The translations under genes and the position numbers were made by a program. The notes beneath the pieces are model-generated. The model did no database searches and was not told the DNA's origin. It saw only the letters and a list, made by a program, of their open reading frames with translations. Of a DNA stretch of 64,000 nt, positions 13,881-27,266 are shown piece by piece. Within the stretch, counting starts at the first letter, position 1. Every line of letters starts with the position of its first letter. The stretch is from Moniliella sp. 'wahieum' (Eukaryota). Location of the stretch: contig RSEE01000123.1 in NCBI GenBank assembly GCA_003971905.1, positions 62,001 through 126,000 on the forward strand, in the 5' to 3' direction.

Positions 13881-14410
13881 TCTGTGCAACGTCCAACCCG
13901 CATGTGAATATTGAATGGGCCGAAGCAAATTTGCAATGGTGCGATGCGCATATGACATGTGACATGTGGCATGTGATGGGTGTGGGACGCGTCACAGACA
14001 GCGCACACTCGAGCAGCGCCGCTGCTGGCATGCTACGCGCTTCTGCTTACGCGCAGGACAGGATGCGATGCATGATGCAACGCAGAGCCGAATGCGTGGC
14101 TTGCTTACAAGCTTGATGCATCATGCATGATGCACTGCGGAGGTACGTGGGAGCAGACGCGGCCCGTGCAGCGGTGTGGCCTACTAAGTGCGCGGGGCCG
14201 GGGGAGGCGCTGCGCTGAACATTTGAATGCCTACTTGGTGAGAGCGATACGGCCCTGAGCGCCTGAGCTCAGCCTGAGCTGAGCGCAGCGAGCAGCAGGG
14301 CGGCCAGAGCTTGCGCCTGCGCCAGTCCTGCGCCACGGCGTCTGTCCAAGCCGTCTGCTGCCGGCCCGTGCCCCACCACTGCCCCGCTGCCCAGCCACTG
14401 CGCTAGCCAC

Positions 14411-14455
14411 TAAGGACTAAGGGCTAAGTGCTAAGTGCTAAGGGCTAAGTACTAA
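14411..14455. repeat. Period-7 TAA-GNNC array
   Basis: TAA GGAC TAA GGGC TAA GTGC TAA GTGC TAA GGGC TAA GTAC TAA. Confidence 0.9.
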
Positions 14456-14769
14456 CCATCGGGATCGGGGGGGGGGGGGAGCCAGTGTGCGCCCGCCCTG
14501 CTCTGCAGTGCTGCGCCCCTGGTGCATGCGCAGCCCCAGCAACATGCCCAGGAGGGTACAACAGGGTACCACGTACCATCGACCATCGACTACGATCGCC
14601 TGCGATGCGCCAGGGCTTGCCAGGGCCCAGCGCGACCTCCGTGCCAGCTGCATGCGGCGCAAAGCGCCCTGCTCGATGCTCCCGGCTCCAGCGCACCAGC
14701 TTCCAGAATGCGAGTTGCGTGCTGCTGTTTCCTGCCTGGCACAGCCTGGCGCTGCTGCCTGCGACGGAG

Positions 14770-14818
14770 TGACCGGCGACGCGTGACGCGTGACAAGTGA
14801 CTAGTGACTAGTGATGCA
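14770..14818. repeat. Period-7 TGA-NNNN array with palindromic spacers
   Basis: TGA CCGG CGA CGCG TGA CGCG TGA CAAG TGA CTAG TGA CTAG TGA TGCA. Confidence 0.9.
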
Positions 14819-15399
14819 TCTGGCCAGACAGTCTGCACGGCGCCCGTGTGGGAAAAACTCGGCTGCGACGACAGCAGCCGAGCGGTGGCATGGCGTGATG
14901 GCGGATGCATGATGTGCCCGGCAAGGTGCGGCAGGCGCAGGCAGATAGGCAGGGCAGCGCAGGGCAGGGCGAGGCGAGGTAGCTGCCCCGGCGGAGGTGT
15001 GCGCGCGTGCTGCGGCAGGGCTAGTGCTGCCTGCAAGGGTGGTATCTAGTAGGCGGTGATGCATGATGTGGGATGGATGATTTGTGAGTGCTAGTTAGTA
15101 CTTCGTGCTGCGACTGAGTCGTGAGGCGTGAGGCGTGATCGATGATTGATGCATGGGATGAGTGGGACGCGTGAGGCGATGCGTGAGACGATGCATGAGG
15201 CGGCAGCGCTGTGGCGGCTGTGGCTGGCGGCTGCTGCAGCTATCGACTATCGATTCGACACCTATCGATCACCCATGCTCCAGGCTCCATCCGCAATCAC
15301 CCATCTCTGCCCATCCGCCCCGGCCAGCCGTCGACCGCCATCCATCTTCCAGCCTCGACGGCCACCGTCCACGCGTCATCTCCGCCGACGCACCAGCAG

Positions 15400-18300
15400 C
15401 GGCCCATGCCGATGCCGCTGCCGCTGCCGGCGTCTCTTTTGCCCTCGCCCTCGCCCTCGCCCTCGCCCTCCCCTTCGCCCTCCCCTTCGCCCCCTCCCAC
15501 TTTCTCCCCCCGCCCCTCCGTCATCGCTCGTCAATTACGCTTGGCCTCCTCTCTTCCCACGCCCGCAACCGCGCCCTGGCCAACATCACCTCCCGTGCCC
15601 CGCCCACCTCTCTCCTCCTCGCCCCCCGCCCACCTCTCTCCCTCCTCGCCCCCCCTCCCTCACCCCGTCCCCATCCATCAACAGCAACGGCGACACCCCC
15701 ACCCCCATCGCCTGGGCCCCTCCCTTGCCCTCCGTGTCGCCCACCACCCTGGCCCCTAGTCCAGCCACCACCTCCATCCGCACCCTGCGCGTCCCCTCTC
15801 CTGCTGCTGCCGGTCTGGAGGATAACGAGGACTCCTTTGCACAACACCTGCGTCGTAGCTGTGCCCGCCCTTCTTCATCCCTCAGCACTCCCCTCCTGCC
15901 TCCTCCGTGGCCCCGGCATGACGCGCATCCTGGCCCCCTGACGCCTCCCTCGGGGCTACTAGGCGGGTTCGCTAGCCTTGGTCTCGATTCGGACCGCGAC
16001 ATTGCCTCGCTTGACTCGGACTTGATCGCCGAGGCTCTGCGATGCGTCGGCGTTTCCACCCAAAATAAGGCTCGCCCTCGAACATCGAGCTGTCTATGTG
16101 CCTCCTTGGCGCGTCCCATTGTATCTGATACCGAGGAGTCGTCGGCCGACCGAGCGCTCCTGTTTACTTCCCAACTGGACCGCTCCGACACTGATTTGGA
16201 GGGGGATGGGGATGAGGATGAGGATGACCTGGCCCACTCCGTCCGTTGCGGCAGTATATCTCTCCATCCGTCCTCTCTCTGTGGACCACACGGATGTGGT
16301 CGATGCGCTGACCGAGTACCGTGATGCGCTCTCTTCCATCGGCTTTTTCGCCTCCCCACTACAGGCATCATTGAATGCCTCCACGTTGTCCCTCCACTCA
16401 AGCCGGGGTCCGGGAACGCTTCTTGACATTGGCCCACTGCACCCAAAACCCTCTCTGGACGGTGAGCATCCCCAGTTTCTTCCGCAGCGCTCCCCGCACT
16501 GCCCAGCAGTCTATGCTTATCCTTGTCTCGCGTTTGCACGGCACCACCGACCCCCCTTCCCAGGGCCGTGCCCATGACGGACAAGAAACCTTCAAGTCCG
16601 TGGCCCGTTTCCGCTCGCCCCACGGTCCACACCGTCTTTACTCTTACCCCTACCACCTTCCATCTCTTCCTCTTCTCTGGATCGCACCATGGTCTTACCC
16701 CAATTCGTTTGGCCAACCATGATCTGGAGACACCTCGCGAATCTACTTCATCCGAATCCTCCAACCCATCCACCACGCCTTCGTCTCCCCTTCGACCACT
16801 CCAACAAGTTCTACGTCAACGCTACCTCGGTCGCGGACGCGGACGCTTACGCCTCTTCACTGTGAGCACCGGAAAATCCATGGGTGGCACTCATACCAAA
16901 CCACATTTGCTGCATACGCCCCGCTCGCCCAGTTCCTCCGAACCGCATGTGCGTGCTCATGGGCGCACTCTCCTTCCTTCCCTCGCCACTGCACCTCCCA
17001 AGCGCAACAGCGGTCCCGATCCGCTTTCTACCGTGCCAACGACTGGCTTGCCCATGGCCCGTTCAACCCCAGGTTCTCGCTCCTGCTCGCCTCTCCCTGG
17101 TACGCGGCGTACGTCCCGCATGCACCGGGCCCGCTCCTTCACGCGCCTAACGGAGTGCCAATCATCTGTTCCTCCATCCCAACCACAGACCGATCTAGGG
17201 TCTCCTCAGCGCGTGCTTCACAGGACGGTACCGCATGGCTCCCGTCGTCGGACCTGGATACGCACGGGTACTCACCTGGCTCATCAGGGGCATGGTCTTG
17301 GCTTCTCTCCTCCAGCAGTTGGGCGCAACCTTCCTTGCTGACGACCTCAGAGGCTAGGACGCCAGTGGGTCCCAATGCGGACGAGCGCCGCGCATCCCTC
17401 TCCAGGTGGGACCGTGCCCTCATGTCTCGTTTTAACCTTAAGCGTCCCAGCCTCACCCGGCTGCATCCTTGGAACAAGATGGTATGTTTCCTTCTCGCCA
17501 ATCCCCCCCTCGCACCCTCTTTCTCTCTACGGTATGGTGATATTGACTCTTACTCGATTCCACGGATCAGTCTTGCAACACGGTTCATCTCTGCATGAAG
17601 AGGGCCCAGACCGTTCCTACAGTTCCACCTTGCGTGGCACTTCTGCCCTCTCTTCTTCGGGCCCCTCCCCTTTAGGTTGGTCGGCGCCGGCTGGTGCCAC
17701 GGCGGCCGAAAACGAGCGCCTGAGCCGGTCGCTTCAAATGGAAACACCAGTTTCAGGTCGTAGAGGCGGCAAGGCACGAGAGCCACCACTCATCTCTCCC
17801 GGCTCGGCCTCTCCCCCTCGTGCTCACCCCGCACACGAGAACAATCCCCCTCCCGCCCACGGGGGTTGACAACCAGCATCCTTGCCGGCGGCTCAACTTC
17901 GCACCCAAGTTTGCCCAATTGGGTCTGGTCCGCCGGGGCCACCGGGAAGGCCAAAGAGAGCAAAGAGACCAAAGTGCATTCCCCTCCTTCTGGCCCACCG
18001 CCACTGGGCGAGACAGAGGTAGTGCCCAAACGGCGCACGGCGCGCATGTTGCCCACCTCACTTTCTTCCACCGCTCGTGCTTTGCATTTGCATCCCCACT
18101 CGAACCATGTCCCGCTTCTCGGGCGGGCGAGAGCGGTCACGCCGCAGGCCCCACCTCGCCCGAACCCCTTCTCCTTCTCCTCCGGCCTAGCTTCACGGGC
18201 GGCTCGTCTTGCGCGCCCTGCCGTGGCGCGCGACGCGCGCGAAGACCCTTCCCTCGCCCCCGCACACACATTGGTGCCACGGAATCACCGTTCCCACCTC

Positions 18301-19212
18301 TCGGGAGAGCGAGCGGCAGGCGTCGCCCCAGGCCATGCGTTCGAGCAAGTCACTGGCCGTGGGCACACGGATGGCGCCACCGTCGATCAGCAGACCTCGA
18401 GCTGCATCCAGTCGTCCGACTGTGGCTGTGGCTGGGGCTGCGGGCAGGACTGGGCCACCCCGCATCTGCCCGCCCCGGCCTTGGTTCCCGAGAAGAACGG
18501 TGGAGCCGGCACTGGCCCAGTTCGTTGGCCATGAGCTTCGCTCTGCCGCGTGGAGCGCGGTCGGATGAAGAAAAAGACCGAGAGGCGCCAAGTGACCACG
18601 CACGCTCGGCACGCGCCGTGCCGCGCACCGAGGTGTCTCCTTCCCCCGCCAAGGAAGGACCGGTGCATGTTACCACGCTTTCCATGCCTGCCCCGTACGG
18701 TTCCGGTACGCATGCTACGTCAACGCCAAAGCCGACCTCAAGTGCTCCCTCTTTGCCTCCCTGCCTCGTTGGCGGCTCAGCACGCTCCACCCAGCCGGCC
18801 CCCTTCGCCCCTCCCTGGCTGGATTCAAGACGACGAGGAAGCGTGCGCGAAAATGCTTCGGTTCCGCTTCGGTCGAAGTCCTGGACTGGCACACGATCCC
18901 GCCTCCCTGCCTGACGCGCTGACCCAGCCCGAAGCTCAACCCAAGACCCAGACCAAGACCAGACCACGACCCTCAGACCAAGATCGAGACCAAGACCACG
19001 GCCACGGCCAAGCCTCAGCCTCAGACTCAGACTCAGGTGAAGAATCCGCTTCCCTCGCCCTCTGCGTCTTCGCGTGTCTCTACGACCGTCACGCCATTGC
19101 GCCCTGGGCTACGCTCGATCCCCATCCCATCCACGTTCACGTCCACATCCACATCACATGCCACGCGTCGACGCTTGCCCCGCCCTCGCCCCGCTGGTGT
19201 GTGCGCCCGTAG
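15400..19212 (+). CDS. Long hypothetical Ser/Pro-rich protein, heavily frameshifted; boundaries uncertain
   Basis: Chain of overlapping Ser/Pro-rich + strand ORFs over ~3.8 kb with a canonical intron 17482-17570 (GTATGT...CAG). No domain recognised. Confidence 0.4.
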
Positions 19213-19424
19213 CCGTCAATCCGTACCAGTTGGACCTGCCTGTCCCCTCACCTCGGCGCAACCGCTGCGGTGGTGCGGATCCAGTTCACAGCGTTTAACG
19301 ATTGCCTCGATCGCGAGGTTTTACGCCCACCTTCCGCATCACGGCCTGCTCACCCTGCCACCGGAACGGGAGTTGGGCACAGACCAACGACCGGACGCAT
19401 CTTTGTCCAATGGTTCTTCAGCTT

Positions 19425-19510
19425 TGTCTTCCTCTTCCTCTTCCTCTTCGTCTTCCTCTTCGGCTTCGTCTCCTTCGTCCTCCTCTTCCTCTTCGCCTTC
19501 CTCTTCGGCT
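19425..19510. repeat. Polypyrimidine low-complexity tract (TTCCTC/TTCGTC units)
   Basis: Degenerate tri/hexanucleotide repeat read directly. Confidence 0.8.
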
Positions 19511-20444
19511 TTGCCGTTACCGCGCCGGTTGCGGTTGTCCTTGTCGTCTGCCCTCCCCCCAATGACGTTCCCCGTCGTACTGGGCGTGTGCCACGCCGGG
19601 CTCAAACTGGAACTCTTGCCGGACGGATGGACGGCGATGGGGTGCCCGCTCCTCTCCCCGTCCCGTCCCGTACCACGGCAATGCAAACCGTGTGGAGAGA
19701 CATTCCCCAGGTCATCTCACTGCGGCGGGGGTGCTGAGGGCGTATGATGCATGATGCGCATATGATGCGCGGGTAGTGTGGACGGGGTGGACACTCTCCC
19801 CCTCCCTTCCAACCTTACCCTTGTGTCTCTTGATCTCTCTCTCTCCTCATCTCCCTCCCTCTTTCCTCCCCCCCCCCCCCTCCCCCATCTCCCGGACTTG
19901 TTTGTGGTTCTGGTTGCGGTTTACGGCTCCTTTGGCTGGCGGACTGCACGGTGCACCTGCCTGGGCTTTAGGCCCGGGGGTGGGCATCGTGTGGCGGAGA
20001 GTCCGGCCTGGGGCTGTGCGTGTATCATTGTTGCGTGCGTGCTGATCGATGATTGTATTACTACTTGCTTGAAGCTTGAAGCTTGAAGCCGAGTCTCATC
20101 CTCTGGACGAAGACGAGGCGAGGTGGGAGATAGTCGAGTCTTGCCTAGTACGCTGGATGAAGTCGATGAAGGGTCAGTGATTGTGCACTGACCCAGGGGT
20201 CATACATCTGATGACAAGGTCACAACCAATGGATCTTCAGTAGCTAGCTTCAGTCTTCTGCTTCAGCGTTCGGCGCGTTCAGCCCAACGGACCCTTGGAT
20301 CTTAGAGCCTGGGGATCCGGTCCTCCTTATTTGAAAGAGGCGTGTCTATTGCTCCCCGATCATCGGTCACCCTTCCAGTTTCGAGAGCTTCACCGGTGAG
20401 GTCACCGGCCACCGAGCTGCCGATGAGGTCACCACTGCAATTCA

Positions 20445-22660
20445 ATGTTTAATTCGATGATCAGCGGGGCCACCCACTCTCACAATCGCGCTTCAAAGGG
20501 CAGCGACGACGTCGACGACGACGACGACGGCGGCGACGATGGCAGACAGCTCGGGGACCCCGTACGAGTGGCACATGCGCTAGTTGCGCAGTACCTGGAG
20601 CAACTTGGATACACCCGCACCCTCGCCGCCTTTGAGCAGGACGCCGCTCAGGCTGGCATCGCACTGACTCTGCCCCCCCGCGGTGGTGCCGGAGGGGCTG
20701 ACGCTGCCCTCGCTTGCTGAGCGCTACCTCTCTCGCGCGCGTGCCCAGGCGATGCGTGCCCAGAAACGAGCAGCGCGTCATCCGCTGCGTGCACTGCTTC
20801 CCTCGGGCTCCACCGTCCATCCTGGCCGGCCGTGGAGCTTGTGTCCCGGTCCGGTCTGGGGCCACATCCATGGTGCCAACATCCTCTCGCTTCAGACGGT
20901 CTTCATCCCGCGCTATTCGTTTGATTTGGCCTCTGCCACTCTGTGCACCACATTCTCGTACACGCTAGCCTCGACCGCAGCGGACCGTAGGGTGGCATTC
21001 ACCCAGATTGAGGGCCTGCCTGCGCCCCACACCACCCTTCCCCTCACCAGCTCGCCCAGGTCCAGGCGGAGGTGGTGGATTCACTCGAGGGGTACCACGG
21101 CGGGGCGATCTTGTCGGTTGCCCAACCTCTTCCGGCCGGGGTGAGCGCGTCGACGCCTAGCGCGCTCGCTTGGCGCACCAACCAACTCCCCGGTCGTCTT
21201 CTCGCCACAGGCGGTATGGACGGTCGCGTCGTCTTGACCGATTTGCTGCATTCGGCGCAAACTCCTGCCGACGCGCGAAAAGTACAGATCCTCTCGGATC
21301 ACACTAAATTTGTCGTTCGGGTTGCCTTTACCCCCGATGGCCGTTTCTTTGCCTCGGCCGGCTACGACAAACAGATTCACCTCTACGCCCTGGATGCTCA
21401 CGCCCAACCTGTGTTTGACCCCGACGCCCAGCCGTCCGAGGCGGAACACGAAGCTGATCCGGACGCACCGGTGGACGCGGACGAGCCAGTGCCCATGACA
21501 GGCGTGAGGTACACAAAAATCCACACGATTCACACTGGTACCTCCAATCCTGAGACGATCTTGTTTGTCCCGGCGCAGACTGGAGTGGGGGCGGAGGATG
21601 GCGCCGAATCGGAGGAGGAGGAGGAGGAAGAGCAAGAGCAAGGAACGCAGAAGATTTCCCACGGCGTGGAGAAGCCGACTTTTACACAGGACGTGGGACA
21701 GTGGGTGGGGAACGGGTGGTCGGTCGTCGTCGGCGCGCCTGGCTCGTCTATACGGTTCGAGGCGACTCGGATGTACACTACGTTGCGTTGCCCCGTTCGG
21801 TCGCGGTGGAAGACCAGTTGGGCGCGATGAACGTGGCAGACGAGACTGACAACACTGCCCGTCCCGTCCGCGACTTTGAACATATCGCCTACAACACCAA
21901 TGCGCACCGGCTCGACCGCCATTCGTCGTATAGCATCGTACGTCTCTTGCCTCCTCGTTGGAATGGGTGGGTTGGGATGGGTAGGGTCCAGGGCCGGTGC
22001 TGACGCACGGGATGTCGGGGGTAGGTGGAAACGTCGTTGCACCCCAGTGGGGCATACTTGACATTACAAACTGGTCCATCGGAATCGACGGCCCTGGGGC
22101 TGGTCGGATCGGAAGGCGCAGGCGGCCATTCCAGCCGGTTAATCTTGCTCCCGCTGCATGCCGATGGGACCTCGCGGGCGGCGGATTTGTGGACCGGGGT
22201 GGCGGTGTCCTCACTCGGCGTCACTCGGCACGCTTGGACGCCATCCGGCACGGCCGTCGTGGTAGGAGGCGAAGATGGGTGGGTACGGTGCTTGGACTTG
22301 CAAGGCCGGATCCGTGCCTCGGTTCCCATCCATGGTACTGCCTCGTCCTCAGCGCGACCGGACACGAGCTCGACGACCGCGCCAGTCCGCTACGCTTCCA
22401 CTCTCACCGACGCACGTCAAACTATCCTCTCGGACGCCCGAGGGAGGCACGCGAGCGCAGCGCGGCGCTTATGCGCCAGTCGCTCGCTTGGAGCCGAGGC
22501 GCGATCCCCAATGGATCCCCTTCTTCTTCCGCGGCTTCGTCGGGTGGAAACACTGCGATTCGTGGGGGTTGCCTTGACGGATGAGTACGTTCTCAGTGCT
22601 GGGTTTGACAGGACGGTGCGTCTGTCGTTCCTGGACACTGGGTCGGAACCAGGCAAATGA
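20445..22660 (+). CDS. LisH-motif + WD40-repeat protein (frameshifted)
   Basis: N-terminal AHALVAQYLEQLGYTRTLAAFEQDA (LisH). WD40 repeats: YHGGAILSV...LLATGGMDGRVVLTD, DHTKFVVRVAFTPDGRFFASAGYDKQIHLY, WTPSGTAVVVGGEDGWVRCLD, VLSAGFDRTVRL. Confidence 0.85.
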
Positions 22661-23117
22661 AGCGTATTGTCGGATATCATCAGAGGGGCAGCCAACACCT
22701 CACTAGTCCCGAGGGCGGAGAGTGGGCATGCCGTGTACTCCCCATACCTTGTTCCTTTTGCCTCTGGAGAAGGGGTGGCTGCCATGCTATGGACCGGTCC
22801 CGGGACAGTCGGGTGCAGGTGCGCGCCTTAGGGCTCATGCTATGGCGAAAGAAGATGGATTCTTATCTTGTCTTGTTTTGTCTTGTCTTACGTCGGAGCC
22901 ATACAGAGGGGTCATCGTTGAGGAGGGGGGTTTGTATCTGCCCAGTTAGTATGAGAAAAGGTATGGTGAAAACACGGGGTCTCTGAGCAAAGCAGGGGTG
23001 TCCTGCGAGCGCTGGGGACCAGGGAATAGGACACGTTCCAACCCGAATGTGCTGCCTACTCAGGCGAGACACAGGCGACCAACAAAAACTGGAAAGAGAG
23101 ATGGGTTTGGAAGTATG

Positions 23118-24958
23118 TTATACGGCCGTCACGCAGAGGATCTTGGGATGGGAGGCGTTAACTTCCGCCTCTAGCGTTAGGAGCGCAGGAGAAGTAGCAA
23201 GAGTGTCATCCGCACTTGCTGCCGCCCGTGCCTTTTCCTTTCTCTTCCGCACTGGTGCAGGCCGTGCCTCCAATGCGGCGGGGGGGGACGGGTGGAAGAG
23301 TGTGGTGTTAGCGCGACTAGGGAGACTCGGTGTGGTACCGTGGTTCCTGTCCCCGTCTGGACAGACGAGTTGGAACGAGACCGAAGCAGGTCGGCACCCG
23401 ACGAACTTGAACCTGATTGGGCATCTTTTCCCTTGGATGCAAGGGCAGGAGTACGCGATGGGTTGGCCCGCTCCACAGGACCCTAACTTGGTCGACCACG
23501 ATTCCTGGGGCTGATGGCGTGGCGGCGGGAGACAGCACGCGACCTCATCCCCGGCTCCAACTCGCCTGTCGAGTCGACGGGGAGAGGAGGCAACCGTAGT
23601 CCGTCCGGAAGGGGTGGGGAGGAAGTGTTGGCGACCGAAGTCGGGGCGGTGCCGGGCTCGGTTGGATCGACGGCACCTTGCTCGGGCGGCAGGGAAGCAA
23701 CGTCCCCGCAACGCTTGGAGACACAGTTCCGACGCCGCTCGCGCTTCGCGAGCATCGTCCAACTCGTCCCGAATCCGCCGCATCTCCTGTCTCAGACGAT
23801 CCACCTCCACCCCGCGAGCTGCCAATTGGGCAGTCAGTCGCTCCGACGTGGCTGCTGCCAGGTTCGACCAGGCAGACCATCGGATGAGGGACCCCGGTTC
23901 CAGCATGCGAGACCGACGCCGATTCGCATCGGCTGTCTCTTCTGCATCCGCTGCTGCGGCTGCATGGCCGAGGGGCGGAAGGGGGGTCTGGGACTAGGCG
24001 CACGAGATGAAGTGGCGCTCTGGCCGGAAGGAGACATAGGGCGGAGGGAGGAGCTGAAGCGCTAATCCCACTTATACTGCTTGACGTTCGATGATGGTGT
24101 GCACGACGATTTTCGTTGCCTGAATGGCGAGCGAGCGCACTGGAAATCGCGCAGGAGGTTGGTTGGCCTGGCCGGCAAGGGACTCCTCGGCTCCGATCTG
24201 AGATGAGGGCGGTGCATATGCCATCCACGAGGGGGGGTTAGATGACGAGGGTGTGCCACCCAACAGGGACAAGCCGCGCAACTTGCGATCAGCGGAAGAT
24301 GGAGCAGCTGTCGAGGGGGGTGGAGCGACCTAAGTTGCGTGCAGCGGCCATGTTGATGGTGCCATTGGGGCCGAAAGCGAGCGAGGCGCGCTTGGAGGCG
24401 CGTTTGGCTTTGGCCTCCTCCTCCTCGGCGGCGCAGCCTTGTCGGGGGTAGGGGAGGTGCCGCGGGCGGCAAGAGCCAGCCCGACAGCTGAGGGCGCACC
24501 GGATGGGTTGGACCGGCGCCGGTCAGCAATCGCCTTACGCACATTCTCACCCTCGGACTGTAACCGCATAAACGCCTTGCGCGAGTCCTCAAGACGCAAG
24601 CGCAGGTCCCGCACTGTCCCCGCCTGCTCGTCCCGCTCGCTACGTGCTTCGTCGCGCTCGGTGCGAGCTTGGGCGAGCTGTGCGCGGAGGAGCTCAATGA
24701 CAGCGGCAGCGTCCTGGTCGCCATTGGCTGCTGCGCGAGCACGGTCGTGGCTGTCCTCGTCGGCGGCAGCGCGCTGGGCGAGCGCATCGTGGGCAGCTTG
24801 GATGGCGGCGAGGGTGGAGGCGTGCCAGGCCAGGCTGGCGCGCAGGGTGGTGACCGTGTGGCGCAGAGCGGCGGCGTCGCCGGTCTCGTCCAGCTCGGCG
24901 GAGGGAACGGGGGGGGGAGGCTGGCGTCGAACATGCCTGTGGGGGGATGTTCGGGCAT
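23118..24958 (-). CDS. Hypothetical coiled-coil protein (frameshifted)
   Basis: Heptad-rich segments LLRAQLAQARTERDEARSERDEQAGTVRDLRLRLEDSRKAFMRLQSE and EVDRLRQEMRRIRDELDDAREARAASELCLQALR in consecutive minus-strand ORFs. Confidence 0.55.
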
Positions 24959-26033
24959 GGGTGGTGTGGATGGGATGGAGGGATGGAGGGATGGAGGGAT
25001 GGAGGGATGGCCGAGGGCGGCAGGCTCCTAGGATTCCCGCGCACTTCCAACCCGCCCAAACACCTGGTCCTTGGCCCCCTTGCAACGAATACGCGTGTGG
25101 CTGGCACTGCCCCCGTGCAGCGCCTGCGCCACCCCCGCTGCGCGCTGTACTCTAATCAAAGCGAGCCACGTCGCCCGCATCCATGCGCGGCCAAGCGTGT
25201 TTCTTGTGTTTATCAGCCGCAGGGCAGCCGTCGCACGCCAATCGACCGCCTGTCCTCTCCTTCCCCGACGGCAGGAGCAGCGGTTACTTGTCAGTGCCAG
25301 CATCGCCAAAAGGGAGAGCATCATCCACTCCGCACTCCCTGTCGGCGGCCACAGTTGTGCATTGCCAAATCTTCTCTTCGTCGTCGTCTGTCTCGTCAGT
25401 CGCCTTTCGCCTCTGGCATCATCCATCATCGGTGAATGGACGTTGTTCGGGATGGAAGAGGCGATTGCTTGGTACCCTCAAGTCGGACGTCGGCTGGCAA
25501 TGGCACCCTGCCAATGCCACCATGCACAACATGCTGAACTGCAGGCAGTCATAGGGCCCGCCAAGGGCTGAAACCGCAGATATCGCGTCGCTGACGCTGG
25601 CCCAGCCAGCTGTGGAGATGGGAAGTGCAGCAACATGATGCATGACAAAAGCCTGTACTACTTACACCCTCTGGCTCCCTTGGTGACAAAGCGAGATGGA
25701 TGCGGGCAACGTCGAACAATGTCCTGCTAATATAAAGTTTCCAGGGGTGGAAGCGGGGGGAATGGGGACACTTTCCGCAGGCCCAGCGCCCAATGAACAG
25801 CAGCGTGCCACCACCGTCTCAGCCAATGCACAGCGGCCCACACATGCTGCGATCAATTGTGCAGCCATCACTTCGACATCACCAAAGAAGGTCAAACGGA
25901 ATCAACTCCACCCGTTCATTCCTACCTTGAGTGGCTGATTAGTCCAACTCCTGGCACTGTTGTGGTCGTGCAAACTAACTTTCTTGGCGCAAAAAGCGAT
26001 CCATTACCGACATGGTCTCTACATGAAGATCTA

Positions 26034-26892
26034 TGTCACGGGCGGGGCCCGCCAGGGGCCCGCCCTGGGTGTTTTTGGGGTACAATCCCTTAGGAGACGG
26101 AAGGACGACTCACGGTAGTTTCGGGCTTGGGCTGGTTGGTGTATCCGAGCGGAGCTAGGGACGAGGAGAGGCCTTTGGTGGGGCGGCTGCACGTGTGGCA
26201 AGGCTGCGTCTGCACCGGCTTGGGCCGTAGTAACGTGTCTGAAGCCTCCGGGACTTAGGGACGGGAGGAGGCAGCGGCGGACAAACACTGCCTTAACTGA
26301 GACTGGGAATCGCCGCGGCCAAAGGAGGGCTCGCGCGATGGGGTTGACGAAGGGCTGGAGGACGAGGTCGGAGGAGAAGTCGGACGCTAACAAGAAGAGC
26401 TGCCTGTACTGGATCAATTGGCTGGAAACGGGCAGGAGTCGGACAGGGTAGGCGGGAAAGGGACGAAGGTGGAGACGAGAGATGACGAGAGTGGGGACGA
26501 GAATGGAAGGTGGGGGAAAAGATCCCCATCAACCAGGGGTACAGGCAGGATCAAAAGGGAAACGGATACAAGAGGGGGTGTAGAAAGGAAGACATGTCAA
26601 AAGCGGGGTTGGTCGCCGCAGGCGCGACAGAGAAAGGAAACGGAAACGTGGACGGGACGGCAGATGCCGCCACGGCACTGGAAGCTCGGTGGCCTTATTT
26701 AGGCCGGCCGACTTGGACTTGGGCGGGGGGCGACTATTGTCGCGCGGAGCATGGCCCTTCGGCCACGATACTTGATTTAGCCAACCATCATCACACTTGG
26801 TTGGCCTGCGGAGCACGCTCTACTGGGCATGTGCGGAGCAGGCGGGCCTTAGCTTGGGTCGGACCATCTCGTGTCCGCCGCAGCCCGTGACA
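26034..26892 (-). repeat. 3' LTR (859 bp)
   Basis: TG...CA termini with 10-bp terminal inverted repeat; direct repeat of 28394-29250. Confidence 0.95.
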
Positions 26893-27131
26893 TTACGCTC
26901 CTCTTCACAAGGCGTGTCCGCACGCCTTCCATGGATGGGCTTCCCTCTCTCCTAATAGCAACGGGGAGGGGGTGAAGGAGTGTCGCTTACCCATGCGCAC
27001 ATCTCTCCTTTCCATGGTAAAGCAATCGCGAGGTATGCCCTTCGCTCCCTCGGTCTTTGGGCATACGATCGGCGTCAAACTCCTTTCGCGCCGACCAACT
27101 TTGAACGGGGATTGGGTACTTGGATACTTGG

Positions 27132-27266
27132 CACGCCCCTCCTTCCTTCGAGCGTCGGGGGTGCGGTTCAGGCTCTTGCTCCCACGCCCCTCCTTCCTTC
27201 GAGCGTCGGGGGTGTCAAGCTCTCTTCTCATTCGCACGCCCCTCCTTCCTTCGAGCATCGGGGGTG
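27132..27266. repeat. Three 32-bp repeats CACGCCCCTCCTTCCTTCGAGCGTCGGGGGTG with 19-20 bp spacers, inside the LTR element
   Basis: Copies at 27132-27163, 27183-27214 and 27235-27266 (third has one G>A). Confidence 0.95.

Noticed and set aside
14411..14455. Interstitial telomeric repeat (CTAAGGG/CTAAGTG units)
   Set aside because: Does not match TTAGGG-type units on either strand and fits the window-wide TNA-N4 pattern better.
19270..19747. ORFs with poly-Ser, poly-Glu or Phe/Leu transmembrane-like runs
   Set aside because: Translations of a TC-rich low-complexity tract in different frames; no evidence of coding.
15586..22214. Long antisense ORFs (15586-16776, 21081-22214; likewise 40801-41682 and 61473-62144)
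   Set aside because: Shadow ORFs expected opposite real genes in GC-rich DNA; no recognisable domains.
27132..27266. CRISPR-like array (32-bp hairpin repeats with spacers)
   Set aside because: Eukaryotic context inside an LTR element, no cas genes, and spacers are only 19-20 nt and related to each other (TCAGGCTCT/TCAAGCTCT). This is a degenerate tandem repeat.
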